In this document: one piece after another, positions 28,854 to 39,420 of the stretch
Layout: the number at the start of each line of letters is the position of its first letter
How positions within the stretch are numbered: the stretch's first letter is position 1
Origin: Marinicella sp.
GTDB taxonomy: Bacteria > Pseudomonadota > Gammaproteobacteria > Xanthomonadales > Marinicellaceae
Assembly (NCBI GenBank): GCA_965230295.1
Contig: OZ246001.1
Span: forward strand, 3,328,001-3,392,000
Direction of reading: 5' to 3'
Length of the DNA stretch: 64,000 nucleotides
The notes under the pieces: model-generated
What the model was told of the DNA's origin: nothing
What the model saw: only the letters and a program-made list of their open reading frames with translations
Databases searched by the model: none
Translations under genes and position numbers: made by a program

Positions 28854-29342
28854 TTAAGGTTCAACACCTGTTTTTTCATAAAAAATAAAATCAAACTCAA
28901 ATTCTTTGTTTTCGGCGGATATGGGGTTGTTGGTGATTCGATTGATTTTCCATTGCTGCCAATCTACTTTAGGGAAAAAGGTGTCACCTTCAAATGAAGC
29001 TTTAAGTTGGGTAAGTATCAATTGGTTGGCAAGGGGGAGCATCATGGTATATATCGCAGCACCGCCAATGACCATAATCTCATCTTCATCTTTAATTAAT
29101 TCCAGTGAATCAATGACTTCAAAGCCTTTCCTGGCAAAGTTTCTATTGCGACTTAATACGATGTTCCTGCGCTTGGGTAAGGCGAAGGGTAAAGACTCGC
29201 AGGTTTTACGACCCATTAATAGCGTCTTCCCCATGGTTTGTTGTTTAAAAAACTTCAGATCTGCTGGTAGGTGCCAAGGCAGATTATTGTCACAGCCAAT
29301 CAGTTGATTTTGATCCATGGCTGCAATCAAGGTTATTTTCAT
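28854..29342 (-). CDS. folA: Dihydrofolate reductase
   Basis: [28 protein letters not shown]. Confidence 0.97.
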   Translation of the reverse strand: MKITLIAAMDQNQLIGCDNNLPWHLPADLKFFKQQTMGKTLLMGRKTCESLPFALPKRRNIVLSRNRNFARKGFEVIDSLELIKDEDEIMVIGGAAIYTMMLPLANQLILTQLKASFEGDTFFPKVDWQQWKINRITNNPISAENKEFEFDFIFYEKTGVEP

Positions 29343-30133
29343 ACTGCCACAAGTCCTTTGATGTGTGGATGAGCTTGGTAGTTTACCAATTCAAAATCTT
29401 CAAATTTAAATGCAAACAAGTCCTTCACGTCAGGATTAATTTTCATTTGCGGTAATTCATAAGTTGAGCGACTCAGTTGTTCATTGATTTGGTCCATGTG
29501 ATTGCTGTAGATATGTGCATCACCAAAAGTATGAACAAAGTCTCCAGCCTCTAAATCACACACTTGTGCCATCATCATGGTGAGTAGGGCATATGACGCA
29601 ATGTTGAATGGTACACCGAGGAAGACATCTGCACTCCTTTGATACAGTTGGCATGACAGTTTGTTGTTGGCGACATAGAATTGGAATAAACAATGACAGG
29701 GAGGCAAAGCCATGTCATCAACTTCTGCAACATTCCAGGCACTGACTATATGTCTTCTTGAATCGGGTTTGGTTTTTATTTGCTCAATCAGAAGTTTAAT
29801 TTGGTCGACAGTTTGGCCATTCGGAGTTGGCCATGACCTCCACTGGTGCCCATAAACGGGTCCTAAATCACCATTTTCATCGGCCCATTCATCCCAAATT
29901 CTAACGCCATTTTCTTTCAAATACTTGATGTTGGTATCGCCAGCAATGAACCACAGCAATTCGTGAATGATGGATTTGAGGTGAAGTTTTTTGGTCGTCA
30001 ATACTGGAAAACCTTGCTGCAAATCAAAGCGCATTTGATACCCAAAAACACTCGTGGTTCCGGTGCCGGTGCGGTCAGATTTTTCGACACCGTGATCAAG
30101 TATATGTTGGGCAAAATTTAAGTACTGGCGCAT
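29339..30133 (-). CDS. thyA: Thymidylate synthase
   Basis: [31 protein letters not shown]. Confidence 0.99.
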   Translation of the reverse strand: MRQYLNFAQHILDHGVEKSDRTGTGTTSVFGYQMRFDLQQGFPVLTTKKLHLKSIIHELLWFIAGDTNIKYLKENGVRIWDEWADENGDLGPVYGHQWRSWPTPNGQTVDQIKLLIEQIKTKPDSRRHIVSAWNVAEVDDMALPPCHCLFQFYVANNKLSCQLYQRSADVFLGVPFNIASYALLTMMMAQVCDLEAGDFVHTFGDAHIYSNHMDQINEQLSRSTYELPQMKINPDVKDLFAFKFEDFELVNYQAHPHIKGLVAV

Positions 30134-30175
30134 AAAAAAACCTTGTTATAAATGCAGTAATTATAACAAGGTTTT
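30134..30175 (-). terminator. 15-bp hairpin plus U-tract between the HD-GYP gene and thyA; contains an extended -10
   Basis: AAAACCTTGTTATAA-N9-TTATAACAAGGTTTT; on the minus strand the T-run directly precedes the thyA ATG. Confidence 0.65.
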
Positions 30176-30196
30176 AAATTTTATTGATTCAATTAA

Positions 30197-31507
30197 TCAG
30201 GCAGTTAACAGTTTTTGTACGATATTCCTGTTGTTGAAGCTGCTGATGATTTCATCCACATTGATATCCAAGCTATCCGCTTTCAAAGCGCCTGTGATAC
30301 AAGGTCTTTCTTTGTTCGAAAACATGGCTTTCTTAGATAAGTCTATGAATTTAGGTTTTTCAAGTAATTGATCTTGGTTGTCTTTAACCAACAACACTTC
30401 AGGTTTCAAGCGTTTCTCTTTGTTGTGAGACAAAACCAACCCGGTTGAGCCATCAGACAACTGAACCACTGAGCCAGCAGGGTATAAACCAATGGCTTGA
30501 ATAAACTCATCAACCAATTTACCACTGAATAATTTATTGCGCTGTTTGAACAACCACTCCATGGCGTGTGATGAAGTATAAACTTTACCATAAGGTTTTT
30601 TACTGGTCATGGCGTCGAATGTGTCAACAATACCTGCAATCTGACCAAATGCAGGGATTTCATCGCCAACTAAACCGTATGGATAGCCACTGCCATCAAA
30701 TCGTTCATGGTGCGTTTCAGCTATAGTTAATATGTTGTGATCCAGTGTTTTGTCTTTGGCCAGCATTTCAACACCCAACTCAACATGTGATTCGAACATC
30801 TTGCGTTCTTCTGGGGTCAATGCTTCGTTTTTCTCAAGTAATTTGCGGCTCAGTTTGGTTTTACCAATGTCTGCCAGCAGCACACCTGAAACTAAAATTT
30901 CTAATTGCTCTTCTCTGATACCTAAGTGACGACCAAAAACAGCCGATAATATAGCTGATCGTAAAGAGTGACCATAAATGTATTGGCCTTTTTCTTTTAA
31001 TTGGGTCAACCAAACCAAAGTATTTGGGTTGCGAATAACAGAGCTGACCACTTGTGAGGCAATTTGTTTGGTTTTCTTGATGTTTAAACCTTTGCCAACA
31101 CGCAGATTAAAACTGGTTTCTTCAATGGCTGTGTTTAAATCAATCATTAAGTTATGGGCAGGACCAAATTCTTTCTTGATTGGTTTTAATGCTTGGGTGT
31201 AGTAATCATGCTTTACAACAAAAGGTTTAATTCGGCCGCGGTACTTATTGCCAACTTCTTTTTTGCGAAGCAAAGGAGAAGGTTTGGAAATCTCAGTTTC
31301 GGTAGAAAGTGATTTACCTTTTTCAACATCAATATAAACGTGTTCACAGAAAGCTCTTAAATCTCTGATCTCATTTTTACTTCTGATGTAGAAACCTTGA
31401 AACGGGAATGGTGTATCAAGCCAAGATCTGTCAAGCTTGCACACATACATGCCAACCTTCAAAAACTTAACCGATATTTTTTCTTTTTCGATATTCATGT
31501 TACTCAA
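30197..31507 (-). CDS. DUF3391 + HD-GYP domain protein (HD motif reads AD)
   Basis: LKVGMYVCKLDRSWLDTPFPFQGF; LLADIGK; HHERFDGSGYP. Confidence 0.9.
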   Translation of the reverse strand: MSNMNIEKEKISVKFLKVGMYVCKLDRSWLDTPFPFQGFYIRSKNEIRDLRAFCEHVYIDVEKGKSLSTETEISKPSPLLRKKEVGNKYRGRIKPFVVKHDYYTQALKPIKKEFGPAHNLMIDLNTAIEETSFNLRVGKGLNIKKTKQIASQVVSSVIRNPNTLVWLTQLKEKGQYIYGHSLRSAILSAVFGRHLGIREEQLEILVSGVLLADIGKTKLSRKLLEKNEALTPEERKMFESHVELGVEMLAKDKTLDHNILTIAETHHERFDGSGYPYGLVGDEIPAFGQIAGIVDTFDAMTSKKPYGKVYTSSHAMEWLFKQRNKLFSGKLVDEFIQAIGLYPAGSVVQLSDGSTGLVLSHNKEKRLKPEVLLVKDNQDQLLEKPKFIDLSKKAMFSNKERPCITGALKADSLDINVDEIISSFNNRNIVQKLLTA

Positions 31508-31562
31508 ACAATTATTATAGTTATGCCCAGTGTTGATATTAACACGGTTTTAAAAGGTTTTG

Positions 31563-31660
31563 AGTGATGAAGTTCACATTTTTTACAAATCTGTGACTTT
31601 TTTTGTCACATTTTTGTGGAGAAGTTGCTTTTTTTGGGGATTACTGACAATTGATGTCAG
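31563..31660 (-). promoter_or_regulatory. CRP/Clp-like site plus two TGAC-N7-GTCA palindromes upstream of the HD-GYP gene
   Basis: AGTGA-N6-TCACA 31563-31578; TGTGAC-N7-GTCACA 31592-31610; CTGACA-N5-TGTCAG 31644-31660. Confidence 0.55.
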
Positions 31661-31685
31661 GATTTGGGGGATTTTTACTTGCAAT

Positions 31686-31720
31686 AAAAAGTACACACCA
31701 AGCGGGTTTGCCTGGTGTGT
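31686..31720 (-). terminator. Intrinsic terminator after rpsT
   Basis: Minus strand ACACACCAGGC-aaaccc-GCTTGGTGTGT then ACTTTTT. Confidence 0.7.
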
Positions 31721-31738
31721 GGACCGCTGCACAATGAA

Positions 31739-32002
31739 TTATTTCATTGCTTTAATTTTTGCATTCAAACGACTTTTATGTCTTGCGATTTTGTTTTTGT
31801 GGTACAAGCCTTTTCTGGCCACACCATCAACCACAGGAACCATCTCTTTGAACAGTTCTTGTGCAGCTGATTTATCACCACTTTCAATGGCCGTAATTAC
31901 TTTTTTCATTGATGTGCGTGCTTTTGAACGCAAGCTCATGTTATGCTGCCTACTTTTAACAGCCTGTCTAACGCGTTTTCTTGCAGATGCTGAATTTGCC
32001 AA
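31739..32002 (-). CDS. rpsT: 30S ribosomal protein S20
   Basis: [13 protein letters not shown]...[12 protein letters not shown]; TTG start as in E. coli. Confidence 0.99.
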   Translation of the reverse strand: MANSASARKRVRQAVKSRQHNMSLRSKARTSMKKVITAIESGDKSAAQELFKEMVPVVDGVARKGLYHKNKIARHKSRLNAKIKAMK

Positions 32003-32093
32003 ACCTATTTCTCCTTTACAACAAGAATTTTAAAAAACGGCGCATTTTCCCACTAAAGATATGAATAGTCAACATGGATAGGTTATTAATTGA

Positions 32094-33638
32094 ATGAATT
32101 TAATTAAATCTACTGCTGTGGTGAGTTTTTTCACCCTGTTATCAAGAATTTCAGGCTTTGTCCGTGATGTATTGGTGGCCAGGTTTTTCGGTGCCAATTT
32201 GCTCACAGATGCTTTTGTTGTGGCATTCAAGATACCTAATTTCATGCGCAGGTTGTTTGCTGAAGGTTCATTTTCTTTGGCGTTCATTCCGGTATTGAAT
32301 GAAGTTAAGGCAAGGGAAAATAAGCAGGTTTTGCAAAACTTTGTCAATCATGTATTTGGTTGTTTGTTGGTGGTGTTGCTGTTGGTTGTGACCTTGTTGG
32401 AGTTGATCGCTCCAGGTGTGATCACCGTATTTGCACCTGGTTTTCTGGACCATGAAATGGTGTTTCAGTCTACAGTTGATATGCTGCGCATCACGTTGCC
32501 CTATTTGTTGTGTATTTCATTGGTGGCTTTCAGTGCAGGAATCCTCAACAGCTTTGGTCGATTTGCTTTGCCAGCGGCCACTCCAATCATTCTGAATCTG
32601 GTGCTGATATGGTCTGCCTTGTATCTCAGGGATGAGTATGATGTCCCGGTGAAAGCGTTGGCTGTGGGTGTGCTGATTGCAGGTTTTTTGCAGTTGTTGG
32701 TGCAAATTCCCGCTCTGATCCGATTGGGCCTATTGCCTAGACCAGTGGTTCGGTTTCATGATCCTGAGGTCAAGAAAGTGATGACTTTAATGCTGCCAAC
32801 ATTATTGGGTTCATCGGTGGCACAAATCAATTTGTTGATTGATACCTTGTTGGCGACTTTATTGCCATTAGAAGGCAGTCCAACTTTTCTGTATTATACT
32901 GATCGCTTGGTGGAGTTTCCTTTGGGTTTGTTCGGGATTGCCATTTCGACGGTGATTCTTCCAAAGCTGTCGATGGCATTTGCAGACCAAGACAAAGCAG
33001 ATTACCAAAAAACACTGAAATGGGCCATGTCTTTGGCCATGTTCATCGCACTGCCTTCAGCGGTTGGCTTGTTGTTGCTGGCCCAACCTGTTGTCATTAC
33101 ATTGTTTGCCTATGACCAATTCACTTTGCAAAATGCACTGTATACTTCGTACAGTTTGATGGTTTATATGGTGGGTTTACCTGCGTTTGTGGCCAACAAA
33201 GTTTTGTTACCGGCTTTTTACTCCAGGAAGGACACCAAATCTCCAGTTAAGATTGCTTTGAAGGCCATGTTGATCAATGTTATTCTGAACTTCGTCTTTG
33301 TAGGTATCTTGTACTATTTCGATGTGGTGTCATTGCACATGGGGTTGGCGATGGCTGGAGTCGGTTCTGCTTGGATGCAATGTGTGTGGCTTTACCGGAA
33401 ACTGCGACAAGACAACATCATCACAGCTGCTTTATTCAGTTTGGGCTATGTGTTGAAAATCAGTTTATCACTGACAATCATGGGCTTAAGCCTTTGGTGG
33501 GCCAGTCAATGGATGCCTGAATGGTATGAAATCAGGGCATACCGCAGGTTTTTGAATTTATTTGCATTGATTGGTGTGGGTGCAGCAGTCTATTTTGGGT
33601 CTATGTTTGCCCTCAGGGGACATAGGTACATCAGATGA
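32094..33638 (+). CDS. murJ: Lipid II flippase
   Basis: SRISGFVRD, PNFMRRLFAEG, DRLVEFPLG. Confidence 0.98.
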   Translation: MNLIKSTAVVSFFTLLSRISGFVRDVLVARFFGANLLTDAFVVAFKIPNFMRRLFAEGSFSLAFIPVLNEVKARENKQVLQNFVNHVFGCLLVVLLLVVTLLELIAPGVITVFAPGFLDHEMVFQSTVDMLRITLPYLLCISLVAFSAGILNSFGRFALPAATPIILNLVLIWSALYLRDEYDVPVKALAVGVLIAGFLQLLVQIPALIRLGLLPRPVVRFHDPEVKKVMTLMLPTLLGSSVAQINLLIDTLLATLLPLEGSPTFLYYTDRLVEFPLGLFGIAISTVILPKLSMAFADQDKADYQKTLKWAMSLAMFIALPSAVGLLLLAQPVVITLFAYDQFTLQNALYTSYSLMVYMVGLPAFVANKVLLPAFYSRKDTKSPVKIALKAMLINVILNFVFVGILYYFDVVSLHMGLAMAGVGSAWMQCVWLYRKLRQDNIITAALFSLGYVLKISLSLTIMGLSLWWASQWMPEWYEIRAYRRFLNLFALIGVGAAVYFGSMFALRGHRYIR

Positions 33639-34573
33639 GATTTGTCAGGTATCCTCAGTTGAATCCTCTCAAGGCAAGCAGTTGTGTCACCATTGGAAAT
33701 TTTGATGGTATGCATTTGGGCCATCAGGCCTTGGTAAAGACAGTGGTTGAGCGCGCCCGGTTAAACAACCAACAAGCCGTGGTGGTGACCATGCAACCCT
33801 TGCCTTTACAACATTTTAATGGGCCGTATTCCATTGAAATCCTGACTCCGTTCAAGCATAAGTATCAAATACTCAAGTCATTGGGTGTGGATGTGATGTG
33901 CTGTTTGAATTTCAATAGCCAATTGGCAAGCATGGTGGCTCATGCATTCTTCGAAGACATTTTGTTGAAAGGCCTGAATGCCAATTACTTATTGGTTGGT
34001 GATGATTTTAAGTTTGGTGCGGATCGACAAGGAGATTTTAAAATGTTGCAGGCCCTTGCGACCGAATCAGCCATGTCAGTGGATCGCATGCATTCAATTT
34101 TGATTGGTGAAAAAAGGGTCAGTTCCACTTCAGTGAGGAGTCACCTGAGGGCGGGTGAGTTTTCTGCAGTTAAAGGGATGTTGGGACGAGACTTCAATGT
34201 TATAGGGCGAGTGGCACATGGAAAAAAATTAGGTCGAACTTTGGGATACCCAACCATAAACCTAGAGCTGAAACATGGTGCATTTCCGCTGCATGGAATT
34301 TATGTCGTGAGCATAATCATTGCTGGAATCAGACACCCGGCGGTGGCTTCAGTTGGATTCAATCCAAGTGTTGGTGGTAACGCCAAACGCATAGAAGTTT
34401 ATGTTTTGGATTTTGATCAACAAATTTATGGCCAAAGTGTTGAAGTTTTGTTTTATAAAAAGCTGCGAAATGAAGTAGAATTCGACAGCTTAACTGCATT
34501 GACTTCAGCCATAGAAAGCGATGTGAAAAAAACGAGAGAATATTTTGCCAAAAAATCAGGAGAACTGGTGTGA
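33635..34573 (+). CDS. ribF: Riboflavin kinase / FAD synthetase
   Basis: IGNFDGMHLGH, VSSTSVR, GRTLGYPT. Confidence 0.97.
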   Translation: MRFVRYPQLNPLKASSCVTIGNFDGMHLGHQALVKTVVERARLNNQQAVVVTMQPLPLQHFNGPYSIEILTPFKHKYQILKSLGVDVMCCLNFNSQLASMVAHAFFEDILLKGLNANYLLVGDDFKFGADRQGDFKMLQALATESAMSVDRMHSILIGEKRVSSTSVRSHLRAGEFSAVKGMLGRDFNVIGRVAHGKKLGRTLGYPTINLELKHGAFPLHGIYVVSIIIAGIRHPAVASVGFNPSVGGNAKRIEVYVLDFDQQIYGQSVEVLFYKKLRNEVEFDSLTALTSAIESDVKKTREYFAKKSGELV

Positions 34574-37371
34574 GCCAAGACTATAAAAACACGCTCAATT
34601 TACCCAAAACCAATTTTAAGATGAAAGCATCTTTGGCGACCAAAGAACCACAGTGGATTAAGCAGTGGAATAAAGAAGGTCTTTATGATGCATTACAAAA
34701 ACATCACAAGGACAACAAGCCGTTCATTTTGCATGATGGCCCTCCATATGCCAATGGTGCCATTCACATTGGTCATGCGGTTAATAAGATTTTAAAAGAC
34801 ATCATCGTTAAATCTAAAATGATGTCTGGTTTCAGGGCACCTTATGTACCGGGTTGGGATTGCCATGGTTTACCGATTGAAGTACAGGTTGAAAAGAAAG
34901 TAGGCAAAGTGGGGCAAAAAGTCGACGCCAAAGTGTTCAGGCAAAAATGTCGGGATTATGCTGAAAACCAAATCAGGATTCAAAAGCAGGATTTCATACG
35001 TCTGGGGGTGTTAGGGGATTGGGAAAACCCTTACATGACCAAGTCATTTGATTACGAAGCCAACATGATCCGTGCTTTGGCAGAAATAGCCAAAAACAAC
35101 CACATTGAAAAAGGTGTTAAGCCTGTAAACTGGTGTTTTGATTGTGGTTCGGCACTGGCCGAGGCAGAAATTGAATACCAGGACAAAACTTCACCTGCCA
35201 TAGATGTGGCATTTGATTTTGTTGCACCTGATGCGGTGGCTGAAAAGTTCGGTGTGCCTTCAATGGAAAAAACAGTGGCGGTGCCCATATGGACCACGAC
35301 CCCATGGACCATTCCAGCCAACCGGGCAGTGTCTTTGCATCCTGAATTGTCATACGCACTGGTCAGTGGTCATAGCAAGTACCTTTTGGTGGTGGCTGAG
35401 TCAATGGTTGATGAGGTGATGTCTCGATTAGGTGTTGATGACCATGAAGTGTTGGCTACTGTAATAGGCAGTGAACTTGAGCTACTTAAACTAAAACACC
35501 CCATCTATGACATACAGGTGCCGGTAGTTCTGGGTGAACATGTCAACACGGAAGCGGGTACCGGTGCTGTTCATACGGCCCCAGGACATGGTGTTGACGA
35601 TTTTCTGGTGGGCAAAAAATATGATTTGGAAATCTACAATCCAGTCGATTCTGATGGTGTTTATTTGCCGGATACAGAACGCTTTGCAGGTCAGCATGTT
35701 TGGCAAGCCAATAAAACCGTGGTGGAGGCACTGTCTGAAACGGGCCAGTTACTGCATCACGAAAACATTCAGCACAGTTACCCTCATTGTTGGCGCCATA
35801 AAACGCCAACGGCTTTCAGAACCACGCCGCAATGGTTCATCAGTATGGATAAAGAAGGCTTACGTACCCAGTCATTGAATGAAATCAAACAAGTACAATG
35901 GATTCCTTCTTGGGGCGAAGAACGCATCTATAAAATGATAGAAAATAGACCAGAATGGTGTATTTCTAGGCAGCGAACATGGGGGGTGCCAATCACCATG
36001 TATGTAAACAAGCAAACAGGGGAGTTGCACCCAGATACCGCCACGATCATGGAAGATGTCGCCAAGAAGGTGGAACTTAAAGGCATGGATGTTTGGTATG
36101 ATTTGGATGATTCGCAATTTTTAGGTGATGAAATCGATGCCTATGAAAAGGTCACAGATGTTTTGGATGTGTGGTTTGATTCTGGCGTCACACATTACTG
36201 TGTCTTGAAGCAAAATGAAGTGTTGTCCGAACCGGCAGATTTGTATCTTGAAGGATCTGATCAACACCGCGGTTGGTTTCATTCATCTTTGTTAACCGGG
36301 GTGGCCATCAATGACCGTGCACCTTACAAGCAAGTGTTGACTCATGGCTTCGTGGTAGACAAAGACGGCAAAAAAATGTCGAAATCTTTGGGTAATGTGA
36401 TTTCCCCTAAAGACGTGGTTAACACCTTGGGAGCAGATATTTTGCGACTGTGGGTGGCATCTGCTGATTACCGTGGCGAAATGACCATTTCAGACGAGAT
36501 TTTGAATCGTGCTGCCGATGGTTATCGTCGCATCAGAAACACGGCACGATTTATGCTGGGCAACCTCAATGAATTTGGGACTGAAAACTTGTTGCCTTTG
36601 AATCAGTGCACAGAAATAGATTTGTGGGCCATCAACCAGGCCAAAGAGCTGCAAGAAGAGGTGATTGAGTGCTACGATGCCTACCAATTACATTTGGTGT
36701 TTCAGAAAGTTTTACACTTTTGTTCTCAAGAAATGGGTGCGTTCTATTTGGATGTGATCAAAGACCGGCTATACACATGTCATAAAGACAGTGCGGCACG
36801 CAGATCTGCCCAAACGGCCATGTATCATATATTGAACTCATTACAATGCTTGATTACCCCCATACTGACTTTCACTGCAGATGAAATCAGGCTTTCACGA
36901 GGGCAGAAAAAGCACATATTGTTCTCGCAATGGTATAACTTTCCTGACATTGATTTTGCTGACCAGGCTGACAAATGGCAATTGATTGCAGCCATCAGGC
37001 AAGCCGTTTCTAAACAGCTTGAAAACCTGAGGGTGGCTGGAGAAATAGGCTCATCGCTTGATGCCGAGGTTAACTTATTTTTACCAGATGATTTGTTTGC
37101 ACAACTACAAAACATGTCAGCTGATTTGCGTTTTGTGTTGATCACCTCTGAAGCCAATATTCATCCATGGTCCGAACGCGGTGATGCTGAGGCCATTGAG
37201 TTGGCATCAGGTGAACACATTGCTGTGACAGCCAAAACGGCAGCCGGTGAAAAGTGTGAACGCTGTTGGCACATCAGAACCGATGTTGGTGTTAACGCCA
37301 ACCACCCAACTATTTGTGGTCGTTGTGTCGAGAATGTTGACGGACCGGGCGAAATCAGGAGATTTGCTTGA
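34570..37371 (+). CDS. ileS: Isoleucyl-tRNA synthetase
   Basis: HDGPPYANG, HIGH, KMSKS, C-terminal CERCW..CGRC zinc finger. Confidence 0.99.
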   Translation: MSQDYKNTLNLPKTNFKMKASLATKEPQWIKQWNKEGLYDALQKHHKDNKPFILHDGPPYANGAIHIGHAVNKILKDIIVKSKMMSGFRAPYVPGWDCHGLPIEVQVEKKVGKVGQKVDAKVFRQKCRDYAENQIRIQKQDFIRLGVLGDWENPYMTKSFDYEANMIRALAEIAKNNHIEKGVKPVNWCFDCGSALAEAEIEYQDKTSPAIDVAFDFVAPDAVAEKFGVPSMEKTVAVPIWTTTPWTIPANRAVSLHPELSYALVSGHSKYLLVVAESMVDEVMSRLGVDDHEVLATVIGSELELLKLKHPIYDIQVPVVLGEHVNTEAGTGAVHTAPGHGVDDFLVGKKYDLEIYNPVDSDGVYLPDTERFAGQHVWQANKTVVEALSETGQLLHHENIQHSYPHCWRHKTPTAFRTTPQWFISMDKEGLRTQSLNEIKQVQWIPSWGEERIYKMIENRPEWCISRQRTWGVPITMYVNKQTGELHPDTATIMEDVAKKVELKGMDVWYDLDDSQFLGDEIDAYEKVTDVLDVWFDSGVTHYCVLKQNEVLSEPADLYLEGSDQHRGWFHSSLLTGVAINDRAPYKQVLTHGFVVDKDGKKMSKSLGNVISPKDVVNTLGADILRLWVASADYRGEMTISDEILNRAADGYRRIRNTARFMLGNLNEFGTENLLPLNQCTEIDLWAINQAKELQEEVIECYDAYQLHLVFQKVLHFCSQEMGAFYLDVIKDRLYTCHKDSAARRSAQTAMYHILNSLQCLITPILTFTADEIRLSRGQKKHILFSQWYNFPDIDFADQADKWQLIAAIRQAVSKQLENLRVAGEIGSSLDAEVNLFLPDDLFAQLQNMSADLRFVLITSEANIHPWSERGDAEAIELASGEHIAVTAKTAAGEKCERCWHIRTDVGVNANHPTICGRCVENVDGPGEIRRFA

Positions 37372-37874
37372 TGGACATCAGGTCAACAGGGCTGAAGTAT
37401 TTGTGGGTCAGTTTTTTGGTGTTGATTTTAGACCAATGGACCAAATCTTTGGCCAGTGCAAATCTTGATTTGTATGTACCGAATAAAATCACTGATTTCT
37501 TCAATTTAACCTTGATGCACAACGAAGGTGTGGCATTCAGCTTGTTGGCTGATCAATCCGGCTGGCAAAGGTATTTCATCTCGGTGGTGGCTTCATTGAT
37601 TGTCATTTGGTTGCTGTATTGGCTGTATAAAAACAAGCCCTCTATGAAATTACAAAACACGGCCTTGGTACTGGTCATTGGCGGTGCATTGGGTAACATA
37701 TGGGATCGGGTGTTGTTGGGCTATGTGGTTGACTTTGTTGAATTGCACTATAACGGTTATTATTGGCCTGCGTTCAATGTGGCAGATTCTGCCATCTCCT
37801 TAGGAGCCGTTTTGTTGATCATTGATGCCTTCAAAAATAAACAAGTGGACGACCATGAAAGTTCTGCTGGCTAA
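37368..37874 (+). CDS. lspA: Lipoprotein signal peptidase
   Basis: [26 protein letters not shown]. Confidence 0.98.
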   Translation: MMDIRSTGLKYLWVSFLVLILDQWTKSLASANLDLYVPNKITDFFNLTLMHNEGVAFSLLADQSGWQRYFISVVASLIVIWLLYWLYKNKPSMKLQNTALVLVIGGALGNIWDRVLLGYVVDFVELHYNGYYWPAFNVADSAISLGAVLLIIDAFKNKQVDDHESSAG

Positions 37875-38805
37875 CCCGCGAGGCTTTTGTGCCGGTGTTG
37901 ACCGTGCCATTGATATCGTTAACCGGGCTTTGGACTCTTTCGGTGCCCCCATCTATGTGCGCCATGAAGTGGTGCACAACCAATTTGTGGTGAATAAGCT
38001 GAGAGACCGTGGTGCAGTATTTGTTGATGAACTGGATGAAATACCAGATAACCAGATTGTGATTTTTTCAGCCCATGGTGTTTCAAAAGCAGTCAGGAAA
38101 GAAGCCGCTGAGCGTCAGTTAAAGGTGTTTGATGCCACTTGTCCTTTGGTAACTAAAGTTCATATAGAAGTGTACAGGTACTGCAAACAAGGGTTTGATT
38201 TGATATTAATTGGTCACCATGGACACCCTGAAGTGGAAGGTACTTTGGGACAATGGGACAAATTGAGTGGTCAAGGAACCATCTATTTGGTTGACTCTGT
38301 CGCTGAGGCCCAAGCCATACAGGTCAATCAACCAACTCAAATTGCCTATGTGACCCAAACCACACTCTCAATGGATGACACCAGGGACATCATTCACGAA
38401 TTGCGTCAACGATTCCCAATGATCGAAGGGCCGAAACATGATGACATTTGCTACGCCACCCAAAACAGACAGATGGCCGTTAGGCAATTGGCAGCACAAA
38501 CTGATCTGGTTTTGGTGGTTGGGAGTATCAACAGTTCCAATTCAAACCGTTTGAAAGAGCTGGCTGAACGCGAAGGGGTGACTTCCTATTTAATAGATGG
38601 AGCCACCGACATCAACAGGCAATGGTTTTCAGGTGTCAGAACAGTTGGGCTGACCGCTGGTGCTTCTGCGCCTGAGAAATTGGTCAGAGATGTGATAACA
38701 GCCATTGAGGGATTCAGTGCAGAGCTTGAAGTTCTGGAACTCGATGGAGAGCCTGAAAACATGGTGTTTGCGCTGCCCAAAGAGCTCCGTTTGGTTCAAA
38801 AATAA
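37855..38805 (+). CDS. ispH: 4-hydroxy-3-methylbut-2-enyl diphosphate reductase
   Basis: [28 protein letters not shown]. Confidence 0.99.
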   Translation: MKVLLANPRGFCAGVDRAIDIVNRALDSFGAPIYVRHEVVHNQFVVNKLRDRGAVFVDELDEIPDNQIVIFSAHGVSKAVRKEAAERQLKVFDATCPLVTKVHIEVYRYCKQGFDLILIGHHGHPEVEGTLGQWDKLSGQGTIYLVDSVAEAQAIQVNQPTQIAYVTQTTLSMDDTRDIIHELRQRFPMIEGPKHDDICYATQNRQMAVRQLAAQTDLVLVVGSINSSNSNRLKELAEREGVTSYLIDGATDINRQWFSGVRTVGLTAGASAPEKLVRDVITAIEGFSAELEVLELDGEPENMVFALPKELRLVQK

Positions 38806-38835
38806 CCGTTTATCAAGGTATTCATACCGTCAATC
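38806..38835 (+). promoter_or_regulatory. AlgR/LytTR-like direct repeat upstream of the minor pilin operon
   Basis: CCGTTTATC (38806) and CCGTCAATC (38827), 21-bp period. Confidence 0.5.
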
Positions 38836-38913
38836 AGATTCAGACTGATCTCTCTTGTGTGCTTGACAACGATCACCTATGATTCATGGTGGTTAAAATC
38901 AAAAGAAATGTAA

Positions 38914-39420
38914 GTGCGCAAATTACAACACAAAAATAAAGGGTTTAGTTTAATCGAACTGTTCATAACCTTACTGATAGGTTCGCTGTTGTTGGCTTGG
39001 GGTGTCCCAAGCTACCGTGACTTTAAAGTCAGGAAACAAGTCAGCGACACAGCCAATGAAATTGTTTACAGTTTTAATTTGGCCCGAGCCGAGGCCATCC
39101 GCTTTGGTGTTAACGTGAAAGTTGATCGCAACGGCAACAACTGGAAAAATGGTTGGAATGTCTACACGCTTGACGAAAACGGTGCCAACGACACCTTGGT
39201 TCACCAACAATTGGCATTGCCGGGCACGATGAAATTAACCCAATCGGGTGGATTTACTGGCGATTTGGAATTCAATAACCTGGGGGCATTGGTTTTAGGC
39301 GTAGGTACGCAATTTGCAGTCGAAGATGATCCCAGTGTCAATGGCTCAGCTGCGGTTGCAAACAGTCGCAGAAACATCATTGTCAGTCCATCAGGCTCAG
39401 CCAGGGTGGTGAAACCATGA
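38914..39420 (+). CDS. fimT: FimT/FimU-type minor pilin
   Basis: GFSLIEL prepilin site, LARAEAI, GspH-like W..GW. Confidence 0.85.
   Translation: MRKLQHKNKGFSLIELFITLLIGSLLLAWGVPSYRDFKVRKQVSDTANEIVYSFNLARAEAIRFGVNVKVDRNGNNWKNGWNVYTLDENGANDTLVHQQLALPGTMKLTQSGGFTGDLEFNNLGALVLGVGTQFAVEDDPSVNGSAAVANSRRNIIVSPSGSARVVKP

Noticed and set aside
31560-32033. 157-aa ORF antisense to rpsT, and the many other shadow ORFs in the track
   Set aside because: Antisense or alternate-frame overlaps of well-supported genes
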